Assembly (NCBI GenBank): GCA_050916035.1
Contig: CP050876.1
Span: 410,372-474,371, forward strand
Direction of reading: 5' to 3'
Source: Vampirovibrio sp.
Lineage (GTDB): Bacteria; Cyanobacteriota; Vampirovibrionia; Vampirovibrionales; JAJTHC01
DNA: 64,000 nucleotides
The notes beneath the pieces are model-generated. The model saw only the letters and a list, made by a program, of their open reading frames with translations, had not been told where the DNA came from and did no database searches. Every line of letters starts with the position of its first letter. The stretch's first letter is position 1. Below, one piece after another: positions 20,984 through 30,126 of the stretch. The translations under genes were made by a program, and so were the position numbers.

Positions 20984-21571
20984 ATGGCAGGCTATCCCTA
21001 TAGCAACCCCTATAGCATGAATCCCTATGCGTATAATCCCTACGCCCAGTATGGAATGTCCACGACTTACCCCTATGGGACCTACCCCCAAGTCAATATC
21101 CCTTCGCCTTATTCCCCTTATGGAACAGGCTATTATACTCCAGAGGCCAATCCTGGCTATTATGTGCCCCCCCAACATAACGTCCCCGTACAGCATGATC
21201 CGTGGCCCCCACAAGCCCCTGTGACGCCTCATTATACGTATCCCACGCCAAACACCCCCCCTCCTATGGCCACACCTCCCATGAGGCCTGCTCCTCAGGC
21301 GCACCGCGTCTATTATGCCCCTGCCCCACCAAAAAATGATAACAGTGGCTGGATTTTAGGCGGCCTCAGTGCCTTAGCCCTAACGGCAGGCGCGATTTAT
21401 CTCGGCAAAACAAAGAACATTAAATATCTCACCCCCTTCGCCGACAAAAGCGTCGACGTTTTACAAAAAGGGTGGAAGGGACTACGCAACGGCGCAGAAA
21501 CGGCTTGGCAATGGACGAGTGACCATGCAAAAAATGCGTGGACTTGGATACAAGACCGCTTTAAACCCTAG
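20984..21571 (+). CDS. Tyr/Pro-rich low-complexity membrane protein (hypothetical)
   Basis: GGAG ribosome-binding site 9 nt upstream. The N-terminal 110 aa consist of PY/NPY/YP repeats. One transmembrane helix follows ('WILGGLSALALTAGAIYLG'), then a Trp-rich amphipathic tail. Confidence 0.5.
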   Translation: MAGYPYSNPYSMNPYAYNPYAQYGMSTTYPYGTYPQVNIPSPYSPYGTGYYTPEANPGYYVPPQHNVPVQHDPWPPQAPVTPHYTYPTPNTPPPMATPPMRPAPQAHRVYYAPAPPKNDNSGWILGGLSALALTAGAIYLGKTKNIKYLTPFADKSVDVLQKGWKGLRNGAETAWQWTSDHAKNAWTWIQDRFKP

Positions 21572-21695
21572 CGCGGCCTACCGATGAGTCATACTATTTT
21601 TATCATGGGTAGATAAGTCAATCAGGCATTTATCCGTCGTCCCCTTTATGTTAGATTAAAGTAAATCAAACTTGTAACTCACAAAGGATCAACGG

Positions 21696-22127
21696 ATGAA
21701 TCACACCCCCTTTCATACGGATGAACCCACGCTCTTGGTCGCGATGGTCGGACCGCGCGCGGGCTATCTCCAAATCGCGCCTCGTGTGGTGACCAGCGAA
21801 CACGCGGAAGTCCCCCCCTTATTATTTCAAGCCTGCCAAACGTGGGCCAGTTTTCTGCAAACGCAAGCAAGCGTCGCCAAAGTCTACTGGCTACAATGGA
21901 GTGAAGTCGTCACGCATTTGCATTGGCATCTTTACCCTCGCTGGGTAGAAGACCCTCTCAAAGGGGTAGAGGCCTTCAACGCACGTCATGACCTCACCGC
22001 TCAAAGGCCGTGGGACTTACATTGGCAAATGGCTTTATACCAGTGGGCCGAACGCTATAGTGTCACCATTCTTGATCCTGAAGGGGTCCTTAGCGCTCCA
22101 GAGACCTTCGTGCAAGAAGCCCCCTGA
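21696..22127 (+). CDS. HIT-family (histidine triad) hydrolase-like protein
   Basis: 'VVTHLHWHLYPR' matches the HxHxHxx histidine-triad motif. Length is 143 aa. Confidence 0.5.
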   Translation: MNHTPFHTDEPTLLVAMVGPRAGYLQIAPRVVTSEHAEVPPLLFQACQTWASFLQTQASVAKVYWLQWSEVVTHLHWHLYPRWVEDPLKGVEAFNARHDLTAQRPWDLHWQMALYQWAERYSVTILDPEGVLSAPETFVQEAP

Positions 22128-22146
22128 AAAACAGAAAGCCCCACAG

Positions 22147-22599
22147 GTGACCCCTCCCTTTAGATTGAGTCAAGCCCTTCTTCATCAGTGGATGCTACAC
22201 GCCATGCAAGTAGCAGAGCGTTCCCTTCCTTTGGATGTGCCTGTGGGGGCCGTGCTTTTAGATGAAACAGGTCATTTGGTCGGTGAAGGCTGGAATACGC
22301 GTGAAGCCTTACAAAATCCTTTAGGGCATGCTGAATTAAATGTCCTTCAAAACGTTTGTCAACAAAAAGGCCAATGGCGTTTGGCGTCCCACACCTTAAT
22401 TGTCACCCTAGAACCCTGTCCCATGTGTCGCGAAGCCCTTAAACAAGCGCGGGTGGGACAAATTATTTTTGGAGCCTTTGCTAAAAAGAGAGAAGACCCA
22501 AGCCCTCAAATCGCTCGTCCGTCCAAGCCTCCACTCGGAGGGATTTTAGAATCGGAAAATCAGGCACGTTTAGAAGCCTACTTCCAAAGCAAGCGATAA
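22147..22599 (+). CDS. tadA: tRNA-specific adenosine deaminase
   Basis: Deaminase zinc motifs 'HAE' and 'PCPMC' are present ('GHAELNVLQN...LEPCPMCREAL'). The start is uncertain: GTG at 22147 or ATG at 22192. Confidence 0.75.
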   Translation: MTPPFRLSQALLHQWMLHAMQVAERSLPLDVPVGAVLLDETGHLVGEGWNTREALQNPLGHAELNVLQNVCQQKGQWRLASHTLIVTLEPCPMCREALKQARVGQIIFGAFAKKREDPSPQIARPSKPPLGGILESENQARLEAYFQSKR

Positions 22600-22631
22600 A
22601 CAGCGATAAAATTAGGGCGTGCCGACATGAT

Positions 22632-23588
22632 CTAAATGGCCGTCATGGCTTGGCAGGCTTGAGAAAGCTCCTGAAATAAAGGGGAAGACAGATAACGCTC
22701 CCCATTAGAACATTGAATGGTGACAATTAATTTACCGCGATTCTCAGGACGCTTCGCCACTTGTAAGGCCACCGCAACATTCGCCCCTGATGAAATTCCC
22801 GACAACATCCCTTCTTTTAAGGCAAGGGCTTTGGCGGTTTCAATCGCGGTTTGAGAATCCACCGTTATAATTTCATCAATCAAGGAAACGTCTAAGGCGG
22901 GGGGAATAAATCCTGTGCCAATGCCTTGAATCAAATGAGCCCCCGAAGGCTGGCCACTCAATACCGCACTTTCCGCAGGTTCTACGGCAATGATTTGAAC
23001 GGCAGGGTTTTGCGCTTTGAGATAACGCGCTACCCCTGTCAAGGTCCCCCCTGTCCCCACACTGGCAATAAAAATATCGACGTTTCCTTCCGTATCCGCC
23101 CAAATTTCTGGGCCTGTCGTCCGTTCATGAATACCTGCATTGGCGGGGTTTGAAAATTGATCCAACAAATACGCATGGGCCAACGTCTGACTTAAGCGTT
23201 TGGCTTCATCACAGGCCCCTTGCATACCAAGGTGAGCAGGGGTCAAATGAAGTTCGGCCCCATAGGCTTTTAAAATCACCCGACGCTCCAGCGAACAGGT
23301 TTCGGGCATGATAATCCGTAGACGATACCCTTTAACCGCGGACACCATAGCGAGGGCAATCCCGCTATTACCGCTACTCGGTTCGATCAACAGCGTGTGT
23401 TCGGGATGAATCAAGCCCTTCGCTTCAGCGTCTTCAATCAACGCCAAGCCCACACGGTCTTTAATACTGCCCCCTGGCAAGCGCGATTCTTGCTTCACCG
23501 CAATACGTGCGGTATCCCCTTGATTCAGGGCGTTCAGTCGCACCAAGGGGGTATGGTGAATCGTATCGGTAATACAGTCAACCAGCAT
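22632..23588 (-). CDS. cysK: cysteine synthase A (O-acetylserine sulfhydrylase)
   Basis: PLP-binding 'GGSIKDRVGLALIEDAE' and 'ASVGTGGTLTG' are canonical CysK/CysM features. Length is 318 aa. Confidence 0.9.
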   Translation of the reverse strand: MLVDCITDTIHHTPLVRLNALNQGDTARIAVKQESRLPGGSIKDRVGLALIEDAEAKGLIHPEHTLLIEPSSGNSGIALAMVSAVKGYRLRIIMPETCSLERRVILKAYGAELHLTPAHLGMQGACDEAKRLSQTLAHAYLLDQFSNPANAGIHERTTGPEIWADTEGNVDIFIASVGTGGTLTGVARYLKAQNPAVQIIAVEPAESAVLSGQPSGAHLIQGIGTGFIPPALDVSLIDEIITVDSQTAIETAKALALKEGMLSGISSGANVAVALQVAKRPENRGKLIVTIQCSNGERYLSSPLFQELSQACQAMTAI

Positions 23589-23738
23589 ATAAAAAATCCT
23601 TTAATGGCCCTTTTAATAGGGGGGAAATAATAAGGGGACGAAACCTATAAAACCATTGTAGCAAAGAAGTATCCTTGTGTTGAGAGGACCTTTTCTTTTC
23701 AATCATCAACGCTGCCGTGTCGCTTGTTCGACTCGGGT

Positions 23739-24551
23739 TCACCGTTGAATCACCGACACACCATCCCAATTCAGACGAGTCAAAATACTTCGCAAGTGGT
23801 CTTGATACTGTTGATGCCAATCCGCATCCGACTCAAAATAGGGAAGCCTGCCTAAAAATCGCCAACTGGGATTTTCAAACAACGCATTTTGCCACGACGA
23901 TTCTAAGGTATCTCGAGGAGACGCTTGGGTCATCAACACATTGAGTGAATGCCACGGGCCTAAATCCTCTAAGGCTTCCAAGAGTGAAAAATCAGCCTCT
24001 TGGTCAGGACGGCACAAATAAAGTAAACTCACCTGAAGCTTGGGCAGTAAGGGTTTGACTAAGCTGGCTTCATGGGCATTCATAACCACATAACGATAAT
24101 GCTTCGCCAAGAGTCGAGGCCATCCATAGGCTAGGGCCTTTTCAACACAAGGGTCTTCTAAAAAATCAGACGCCCGATGGGTACCCTCCCCTTGACGCCT
24201 ATCTGCTTCAGACGCTTGTTCAGAATGAGCCTGTAAACTAAGGCCATCATGCACCCCGATAATCGGGTAGGGGGTTTCCGCCAAGTGCCAGTCCAGTTCA
24301 GGACAATGGGTCCATTTATGAGTCTGTATTTCACGCAAAGCCTCCACCAAGGCCACCCCCTGAAAGGATTTTAAGGAAGCCTCCCCTTTTAGCTTACGTA
24401 AAATACCACAATCCGCCGTGGCATCCATCCACAAGGTGGGGGCTGCACATGACTGCATCATGCTAAACAACGCTTCAATAAACGTTGATTTCCCGCTGTC
24501 TGCTTCACCAGCCACCACCAAGATGCTGGTGTTTAGGGAGCTAATGAGCAT
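23739..24551 (-). CDS. P-loop NTPase-like hypothetical protein
   Basis: An N-terminal Walker-A-like 'VVAGEADSGKSTF' is present. There is no further confident family assignment. Confidence 0.35.
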   Translation of the reverse strand: MLISSLNTSILVVAGEADSGKSTFIEALFSMMQSCAAPTLWMDATADCGILRKLKGEASLKSFQGVALVEALREIQTHKWTHCPELDWHLAETPYPIIGVHDGLSLQAHSEQASEADRRQGEGTHRASDFLEDPCVEKALAYGWPRLLAKHYRYVVMNAHEASLVKPLLPKLQVSLLYLCRPDQEADFSLLEALEDLGPWHSLNVLMTQASPRDTLESSWQNALFENPSWRFLGRLPYFESDADWHQQYQDHLRSILTRLNWDGVSVIQR

Positions 24552-24676
24552 TCATCCCTATAAATTTACCGTCAACTCTCGCGTCACTCATGTGCGTGCC
24601 TTTTGCTCCATCACGATCAATACCCATCCCTGCGGATAGACCCATTCTAAAGCATAATGTTATACTAGGCAAATCC

Positions 24677-25588
24677 ATGTCAATGCCTCGCTCGAATGAA
24701 AACCCCGAAGAAAGCCGTCACCCGTCCATGTTCAATGCCTTCAGTTTTGCCTTAAGAAAATTGGCCTGCGCTTGGAAACGTCCCGTTTCTCCTGATTTAT
24801 GGGTCATGAATTTGGATGTCGCCACCCATACCCGACCCTTAAGTGCTGATTTAATCACACGGCGTCAAGACTTACTCACCCGTTATCCCTTAGATCAAAT
24901 CACCGCGCCCTCCTGGTCATGGGTACGGCTCGAATCCCTATATCAGTTGGATCAATTAGACCGTTGTCGACAAGCCTTGCCTCCCTTAGAAGGTGAACAT
25001 TGTCACTGGGTGGATGTAGGAAGCAAAAACGGCGCGCTTCTCCCCGCCTGTTGGGCGGTGGCAAAGACTTTCAGCCAATCGGTTCGGGTGACAGGCGTTG
25101 AAGTGGACCCTTATCGACATTATCTGGATGGCTACACCCGTGGCGATTATGCACAGGGGCTGGTGAAACAGATTCAAGCACAATTTCAACAGGATCTTCA
25201 CTTTGTAGAAACCGATATTTGCAACTTTGCCAAGCATGCGCCCGCCACCGCCCATGTGGTGTCTTGTTTTTTACCCTTTGTCTTAGCCCATGAACACCAC
25301 GCATGGGGGCTACCCCAAACCCTCTTTAATCCTTTAAAGGTTTTAGACGCCTTATGGGCCTTATTAAAACCACAAGGCTTCTTAATTTTAACGAATTTAA
25401 GCGAAAGTGAAGTCGCCGTTCAAGCCCATTTAATCGAAACTTTAGCGGATTCGCTGGCTCAAAAAGGACAAGGGCTCCGCATCATTTTAGAGGCGCTTCC
25501 GCACCCCAGTCAATTTATGAAACTCGAAGAAGAAAGGCGTTATCTATGGATGCTCCAAAAAATAGATCTTTTTCCCCCTTGCGTTTAG
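24677..25588 (+). CDS. SAM-dependent methyltransferase-like hypothetical protein
   Basis: 'HWVDVGSKNGALL' resembles the Rossmann motif I and 'PQGFLILTN' resembles a post-motif II region. The start is uncertain; the track ORF begins at 24590. Confidence 0.35.
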   Translation: MSMPRSNENPEESRHPSMFNAFSFALRKLACAWKRPVSPDLWVMNLDVATHTRPLSADLITRRQDLLTRYPLDQITAPSWSWVRLESLYQLDQLDRCRQALPPLEGEHCHWVDVGSKNGALLPACWAVAKTFSQSVRVTGVEVDPYRHYLDGYTRGDYAQGLVKQIQAQFQQDLHFVETDICNFAKHAPATAHVVSCFLPFVLAHEHHAWGLPQTLFNPLKVLDALWALLKPQGFLILTNLSESEVAVQAHLIETLADSLAQKGQGLRIILEALPHPSQFMKLEEERRYLWMLQKIDLFPPCV

Positions 25589-26220
25589 TGCTCGCCACAG
25601 GGAACCTCCATAAAGTGCAAGACATGCAAGAAGTCTTTACCCAAGCAGGTCTTGCCATTGTAGTACTCCTACCCCCACCTTTAGACGGATTAGAAGAAAA
25701 TGAAGCCACCTTTGCAGGCAATGCCCGTCTCAAAGCGGATTTTGTCAAAACGTTTGCTCGAAAAGAAGGGGCCCAATTCACCTTAGGGGACGATTCTGGT
25801 TTTATCGTAGACGCCTTGGCGGGGCATCAAGGCTTAGACGCCTTCCCTGGTGTACACTCCAATCGCTGGTTGGCAGGCGCGAGCAATGATATACAGCGTT
25901 GTGAGGGAATCTATCATTTAATGCGTGAACATTCTAATCGACACGCCCGCTTTGTCTGTGCGCTTGCACTCCTTCATTTAGAAACGGAGGAATGGACAGA
26001 AGTCGAAGGACAGTGCGCCTTGCTCATCCGTCAGGATGAAACCTTACGAGGAAGCCACGGTTTTGGATATGATCCCATGGTTCACCCCGTCGAAGCAGGC
26101 ACAGGGAACGTCCTTCCCATGACCATGGCAGAACTCAGCTTGGCCGAAAAAAATAAACGTAGTCATCGGGCCAAGGCGCTGCATCTCCTGATTAAAACTT
26201 TAGAGAAATATACGCCTTAA
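25546..26220 (+). CDS. rdgB: non-canonical purine NTP pyrophosphatase (RdgB/HAM1 family)
   Basis: 'LVLATGNLHKVQDMQEVF' contains the ATGNxxKxxE motif and 'GFGYDP' is present. Length is about 200 aa. Confidence 0.75.
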   Translation: MDAPKNRSFSPLRLVLATGNLHKVQDMQEVFTQAGLAIVVLLPPPLDGLEENEATFAGNARLKADFVKTFARKEGAQFTLGDDSGFIVDALAGHQGLDAFPGVHSNRWLAGASNDIQRCEGIYHLMREHSNRHARFVCALALLHLETEEWTEVEGQCALLIRQDETLRGSHGFGYDPMVHPVEAGTGNVLPMTMAELSLAEKNKRSHRAKALHLLIKTLEKYTP

Positions 26221-26253
26221 GGTGAATCTATTGACGCGATAAAATAGCTAAAC

Positions 26254-26284
26254 TAAAAGAATCTAAGATGCAACACCGATTTGA
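26254..26284 (+). promoter_or_regulatory. candidate sigma-28 (FliA)-type promoter upstream of fliS
   Basis: TAAAAGAA-N15-CGATTTGA compared with the consensus TAAAGTTT-N11-GCCGATAA; the 15-nt gap is 4 nt longer than the canonical 11-nt spacer. A FliA-like sigma factor is encoded at 13112..13936. Confidence 0.3.
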
Positions 26285-26320
26285 AGTATATACGCCAGTC
26301 ATAGGCCTAAAAGGACCACC

Positions 26321-26761
26321 ATGAATTATAAAGAACCTCCTTCGTCTTCGGCTCGCTTACATCAGCAACACGCTAAGCAATACGAAGCCCAGCAAATCAT
26401 GACCGCCAGTAAAGAACAATTACTCGTCATGCTTTATGACGGCTCCATTCGCTTTTGTAAAATTGCCAAAAAAGGTATTCATGAAAAAGACTATGAAAAA
26501 TCAAATACACACTTATTAAAAGCGCAGAATATCATTGCGGAATTTATGGCCAGCTTAGATTTAAAAATCGGAGGGGCTGTGGCAGAAAATTTAATGACCT
26601 TATACGAATATTTGCATCATGAATTGATACAAGCCAATATACAAAAAGACACGGCACGCGTTGACAATGTCCTAGGGCATTTAGTCGACCTTCGGCAAAC
26701 ATGGGTCAAAGCCATCGAATTAGCCCAAAAAGACGCCAAAGCCCAAGCAAACATACCCTAA
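26321..26761 (+). CDS. fliS: flagellar export chaperone FliS
   Basis: 'LLVMLYDGSIRFCKIAKKGI...LLKAQNIIAEFMASLDLKIGGAVAENLMTLYEYLHHELIQANIQKD' is typical of the FliS four-helix family. An AAGGA ribosome-binding site is present. Confidence 0.75.
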   Translation: MNYKEPPSSSARLHQQHAKQYEAQQIMTASKEQLLVMLYDGSIRFCKIAKKGIHEKDYEKSNTHLLKAQNIIAEFMASLDLKIGGAVAENLMTLYEYLHHELIQANIQKDTARVDNVLGHLVDLRQTWVKAIELAQKDAKAQANIP

Positions 26762-26784
26762 AAACGTAAAGGAATACGGCGGCT

Positions 26785-27183
26785 GTGACACGTTCGGTTT
26801 ATGAGATTTTTCAAGAATTAGAGTCGCTTTTAGTTGAAGTGGAACGGCTCACCATGACTTTAATCGCGGGTTTGGCGCAAGCCCCTGAGCATATAGAAGA
26901 AGGCTTGACGCCTGAATTAATACAAGCCTCCCTATTACGAGGGAGCTTATTACATCAAGCCCACGCCTTGTCGAGCAACGTCACCTTAGACCCTGAAGAT
27001 CATCAGTGTCTATTGAAAAAGCTACAACAACTCAATCACTTTGACACCCGCTTAGGGGTAGCGTTAGACGCGCATCACCGCTTATTGCGTGGTGAACTTC
27101 AAAAAACCATGACGGCCCAAGCACAGCTAAAAGTGTACCACGTCCAAGACACGCCCCCTGAGCACTACTTAGAAGAAGCCTAA
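26785..27183 (+). CDS. hypothetical alpha-helical protein downstream of fliS (possible FliT/FlgN-type chaperone)
   Basis: Has a GTG start with an AAGGA ribosome-binding site. The 132-aa product is helical and acidic. Its position after fliS matches fliT in many operons. There is no sequence-level proof. Confidence 0.25.
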   Translation: MTRSVYEIFQELESLLVEVERLTMTLIAGLAQAPEHIEEGLTPELIQASLLRGSLLHQAHALSSNVTLDPEDHQCLLKKLQQLNHFDTRLGVALDAHHRLLRGELQKTMTAQAQLKVYHVQDTPPEHYLEEA

Positions 27184-27238
27184 CCCCTTTTAAGCGATGA
27201 GAACAGGTTACTTGAAGAATGGCACGGGGCTGTCCGGC

Positions 27239-28564
27239 TTAACCACCATGGGACGACGCTCCCTCTGCGGGAGCGGGAGCTCCACCACCGCCACCAAAAT
27301 TAATCGTTGGCAAGCTAATATTGGCATGGCTGGCTTCTACCCATGTCCCAAAAACAGCCGCACATAATCCACCGATCACACCCCAACCCACGAGATGATC
27401 CAAAGGGGGTACATATTTTAAGAACTTACTTAAGGTATCCTTCTTTTTAAGGCTTAAAACGGCATGCGGATCAAAAGGAATCGGTAGATCCTCCATAGAC
27501 AAGCTCCCTTGCTTCGCACGGTTTAAAGGCTTTGTTTGACGAATCGCACGCAGGTTGGAAGATTTATCTTTAGCCCATGGCCATCTGACCCCTTGTTGCG
27601 TGTGCTGCTTAATACGAGGACGTCCCTCTGAACCTTTTCCATAGCGTCCGAGCTGACGTACCACAGGAAGCTTCCATAAATCTTCCGCAATACGAGACCC
27701 TAAATCATGTTCTAATTCTTCGGTAAAGGCTTTACGGTAATAACGCATTTCTTTGCTTGGCTTATGTTCAATGACGTCAAAGGCATAACCAGAAGGATGC
27801 CCCCGACGATCGACAATATTGTCCGCCGTAATGGTGGCTTGAGCTTGAGTCCCTAAGACACTGGCCCGATAACGCGTGGAGGGTTCATCCAAGAATTGAA
27901 CATCTAAAAAGGGACTGTTATAACGCGTATTGTTTGGATCTAGCAAACGCGCTACGGGTTCATAGGCGGTTAAAAAACCAAAAAATCCATTGCGTTTAGA
28001 CCTTAAAATACTGACACTTTCCCCCGTGGGATTTTGACCCGCTTGTTTCCAAAAATCATTTTTAGACCCCACCCCATTTTTTTGATACCGCACGCGATAA
28101 AAGTGACCGTCTTCTCCACGACCCGCTAAAATCTGGCCAGGAACCAGCTTGCCGTCTTCTTCGGCTTGTCGAATTTTGGTATAGTGAAGGAGCCCCTTAA
28201 TCATCACCGCCAAGGTAAAGCCTTCGCTAAAATGTCCGACAACATTCAAGGTACTGCCTTGTAAAAATTCGATTTTAGAATCGTCCTTTTCTTTGGTCAA
28301 CACAGAAGACAAAAGGCGATTGAGTAAGGGATCTCTTTCTATACTACCGTTTTTATTTTCTTCTTTTTTCTCTTCACCTTCTTCTTTCACGTGCTTGGCA
28401 TGGGTCGCTTGCTGAGCCAAAGTCGCCTTAGACACATTACCCAAGGTGGCAAGATCTGCTCCGCCTGCCCCATGAGCGACATGAGCCTCTTGACCTTGGC
28501 GTGCCAAGGAAGCAGAAGTCGTCAGAGTGGGCATCATTGAAAAAGGAGTCATCATAAAATGCAT
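27239..28564 (-). CDS. hypothetical protein with C-terminal transmembrane anchor and Gly-rich tail
   Basis: 441 aa with no recognisable domain. A C-terminal 'VGWGVIGGLCAAVFGTWV' is followed by 'GGGGGAPAPAEGASSHGG'. Confidence 0.4.
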   Translation of the reverse strand: MHFMMTPFSMMPTLTTSASLARQGQEAHVAHGAGGADLATLGNVSKATLAQQATHAKHVKEEGEEKKEENKNGSIERDPLLNRLLSSVLTKEKDDSKIEFLQGSTLNVVGHFSEGFTLAVMIKGLLHYTKIRQAEEDGKLVPGQILAGRGEDGHFYRVRYQKNGVGSKNDFWKQAGQNPTGESVSILRSKRNGFFGFLTAYEPVARLLDPNNTRYNSPFLDVQFLDEPSTRYRASVLGTQAQATITADNIVDRRGHPSGYAFDVIEHKPSKEMRYYRKAFTEELEHDLGSRIAEDLWKLPVVRQLGRYGKGSEGRPRIKQHTQQGVRWPWAKDKSSNLRAIRQTKPLNRAKQGSLSMEDLPIPFDPHAVLSLKKKDTLSKFLKYVPPLDHLVGWGVIGGLCAAVFGTWVEASHANISLPTINFGGGGGAPAPAEGASSHGG

Positions 28565-28751
28565 GAAGAGAAAGACCTCAGTTAAAAAGGAGAAAGAACC
28601 TTACCATTTAGGCTTCTTTCAGCCATCAACAGTAAAAAGGCGACGTGAAATCCGTACGGAGCAAAGATCCAAACGTCAGGAAACACTTTCCCTACTATAC
28701 TGGATTTCTTATTTCGATACAAGGTTTACAAACGCTTAAAACCCACTGCCA

Positions 28752-29960
28752 TTATTTTTGTGCGTTTTGGGGTTTAGATTTTTTCACTTTTTCAGCATTC
28801 ACAATCTGCCCGTTTTCATCAAAAATCGGCAAATGTTGTTCTTCAATAGGTTTCATGGTTTCTACTAGGGGCGCTTGACTAGTTTTAATCGTATTTTTGA
28901 TGGGTTTTGACGCTTTTTGTGTAATTGGGGTGGACGTGCTTGCCTCTGTTGGAGGCTCTACTGGAGCAATATCCGCCTTAAGCACAGGCGTAATATCCAC
29001 AGGGGTTTCTTTGGCCCGCTTATTTTCAATACTAAAACGATGATTTTGATCAATCAATATTTTTTCTTTACGGTGTTGTCGAATGGGGTCCGAATGGTTT
29101 TCCCCCGCACGGCTGTGAAGAATAATATCAATGCGTCTGTTTTTAGCCCGATTACTCGGCGTACTGTTGGACGTTACAGGGCGACTGTCTGCATAGCCCA
29201 CCGCCACTAAATCAGACGGTGTAAACTTATGGTGGTCTATAAAATAGCGTACCACCGTACAGGCACGAGCAGAAGATAATTCCCAATTCGATGGGTAACG
29301 TCCAAAAATAGCGGTATTGTCGGTATGTCCTTCAATATGAATCAGATGCGTTGGGACGCTTTTAAGTAAACGACTGGCGATTTCATCCACAAAGCGAAGG
29401 CTTTTGGGATTTAAATTGGCTTCTCCTGAAGGAAAAAGTAAACGACTGTCAAAACTAATTTTTAAGCCTCGTTCCTGTAATGTCACTTCTAAACCCCGTA
29501 ACGGGACTCCCTCTTTCCCGTCGACTTGTTCTTTCAAACCGAGAGCTGGACTTAAATTTTCGGCCCCCATTGCATCTTTCAATTTTTCAGCAAGACCATT
29601 CGCCACTTCGTCTAATTCTTCCATCAAGTCTTCTAGAGCCTTTTTTTCCCCTTGGGTTAAGGTTAAGCTATCGAATTGACCAATCACCCCTTCGCCTTTT
29701 CCTGTTTCTTCAAACATCGGGTTAGGTTTGTCCGTCGGCGTACTTTGCCCTGTGAGAACTGAAGAGATCCCTTTTAAAAGCGTTTCTTGTTGAAAGGATT
29801 TTTTAATTTCTTGCGCCACCCCCGTGCTGTCTGTTAATTTGGAGGTGGCAATAGCGTACAAGGCGGTAAACGTGGCAAATAACAAGGTAATAAAATCAGC
29901 ATAAGACACCAGCCAACGTTCTAGATTTTCATGTTCAGGGTGTTTTTTATGCCGTGCCAT
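28752..29960 (-). CDS. MotB-like protein (OmpA-family C-terminal domain) with long C-terminal extension
   Basis: 'WLVSYADFITLLFATFTALYA' is a MotB-type transmembrane/plug region and 'IEGHTDNTAIFGRYPSNWELSSARACTVVRYF' is an OmpA-like peptidoglycan-binding motif. There is no motA adjacent. The start is ATG at 29960 or GTG at 29996. Confidence 0.65.
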   Translation of the reverse strand: MARHKKHPEHENLERWLVSYADFITLLFATFTALYAIATSKLTDSTGVAQEIKKSFQQETLLKGISSVLTGQSTPTDKPNPMFEETGKGEGVIGQFDSLTLTQGEKKALEDLMEELDEVANGLAEKLKDAMGAENLSPALGLKEQVDGKEGVPLRGLEVTLQERGLKISFDSRLLFPSGEANLNPKSLRFVDEIASRLLKSVPTHLIHIEGHTDNTAIFGRYPSNWELSSARACTVVRYFIDHHKFTPSDLVAVGYADSRPVTSNSTPSNRAKNRRIDIILHSRAGENHSDPIRQHRKEKILIDQNHRFSIENKRAKETPVDITPVLKADIAPVEPPTEASTSTPITQKASKPIKNTIKTSQAPLVETMKPIEEQHLPIFDENGQIVNAEKVKKSKPQNAQK

Positions 29961-30063
29961 TCGGTGACTTTCTCTTCTCTTACACGCTTTACTCACGATT
30001 CATTGCTTTTTTAGTATAAGGGATGAACACAGAAGATACGGGCGAAAGTATTCAAAATTCATA

Positions 30064-30097
30064 CAAAAAGCTCCCTTTCAATCAAGAAAGAGAGCTT
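30064..30097 (-). terminator. intrinsic terminator downstream of tpx
   Basis: Near-perfect inverted repeat AAGCTCCCTTTC...GAAAGAGAGCTT, followed on the minus strand by CTTTTTG. Confidence 0.4.
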
Positions 30098-30126
30098 TAC
30101 CTTTTAAGTTAATTTAAATCAATAAA

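Noticed and set aside
20894-21304. 136-aa minus-strand ORF opposite the PY-rich gene
   Set aside because: It is an Arg/Gly/Ile low-complexity translation produced by the complementary strand of the Tyr/Pro codon repeats.
23578-23820. 80-aa ORF upstream of cysK on the minus strand
   Set aside because: It lies in the cysK promoter/leader region with no enrichment for Cys codons and no ribosome-binding site. It is unlikely to be a leader peptide.
28640-28700. Palindrome TCCGTACGGA between motB-like gene and the downstream hypothetical gene as a terminator
   Set aside because: It is only a 10-nt self-complementary site with a T-run 15 nt away. That is too weak to call as an intrinsic terminator.
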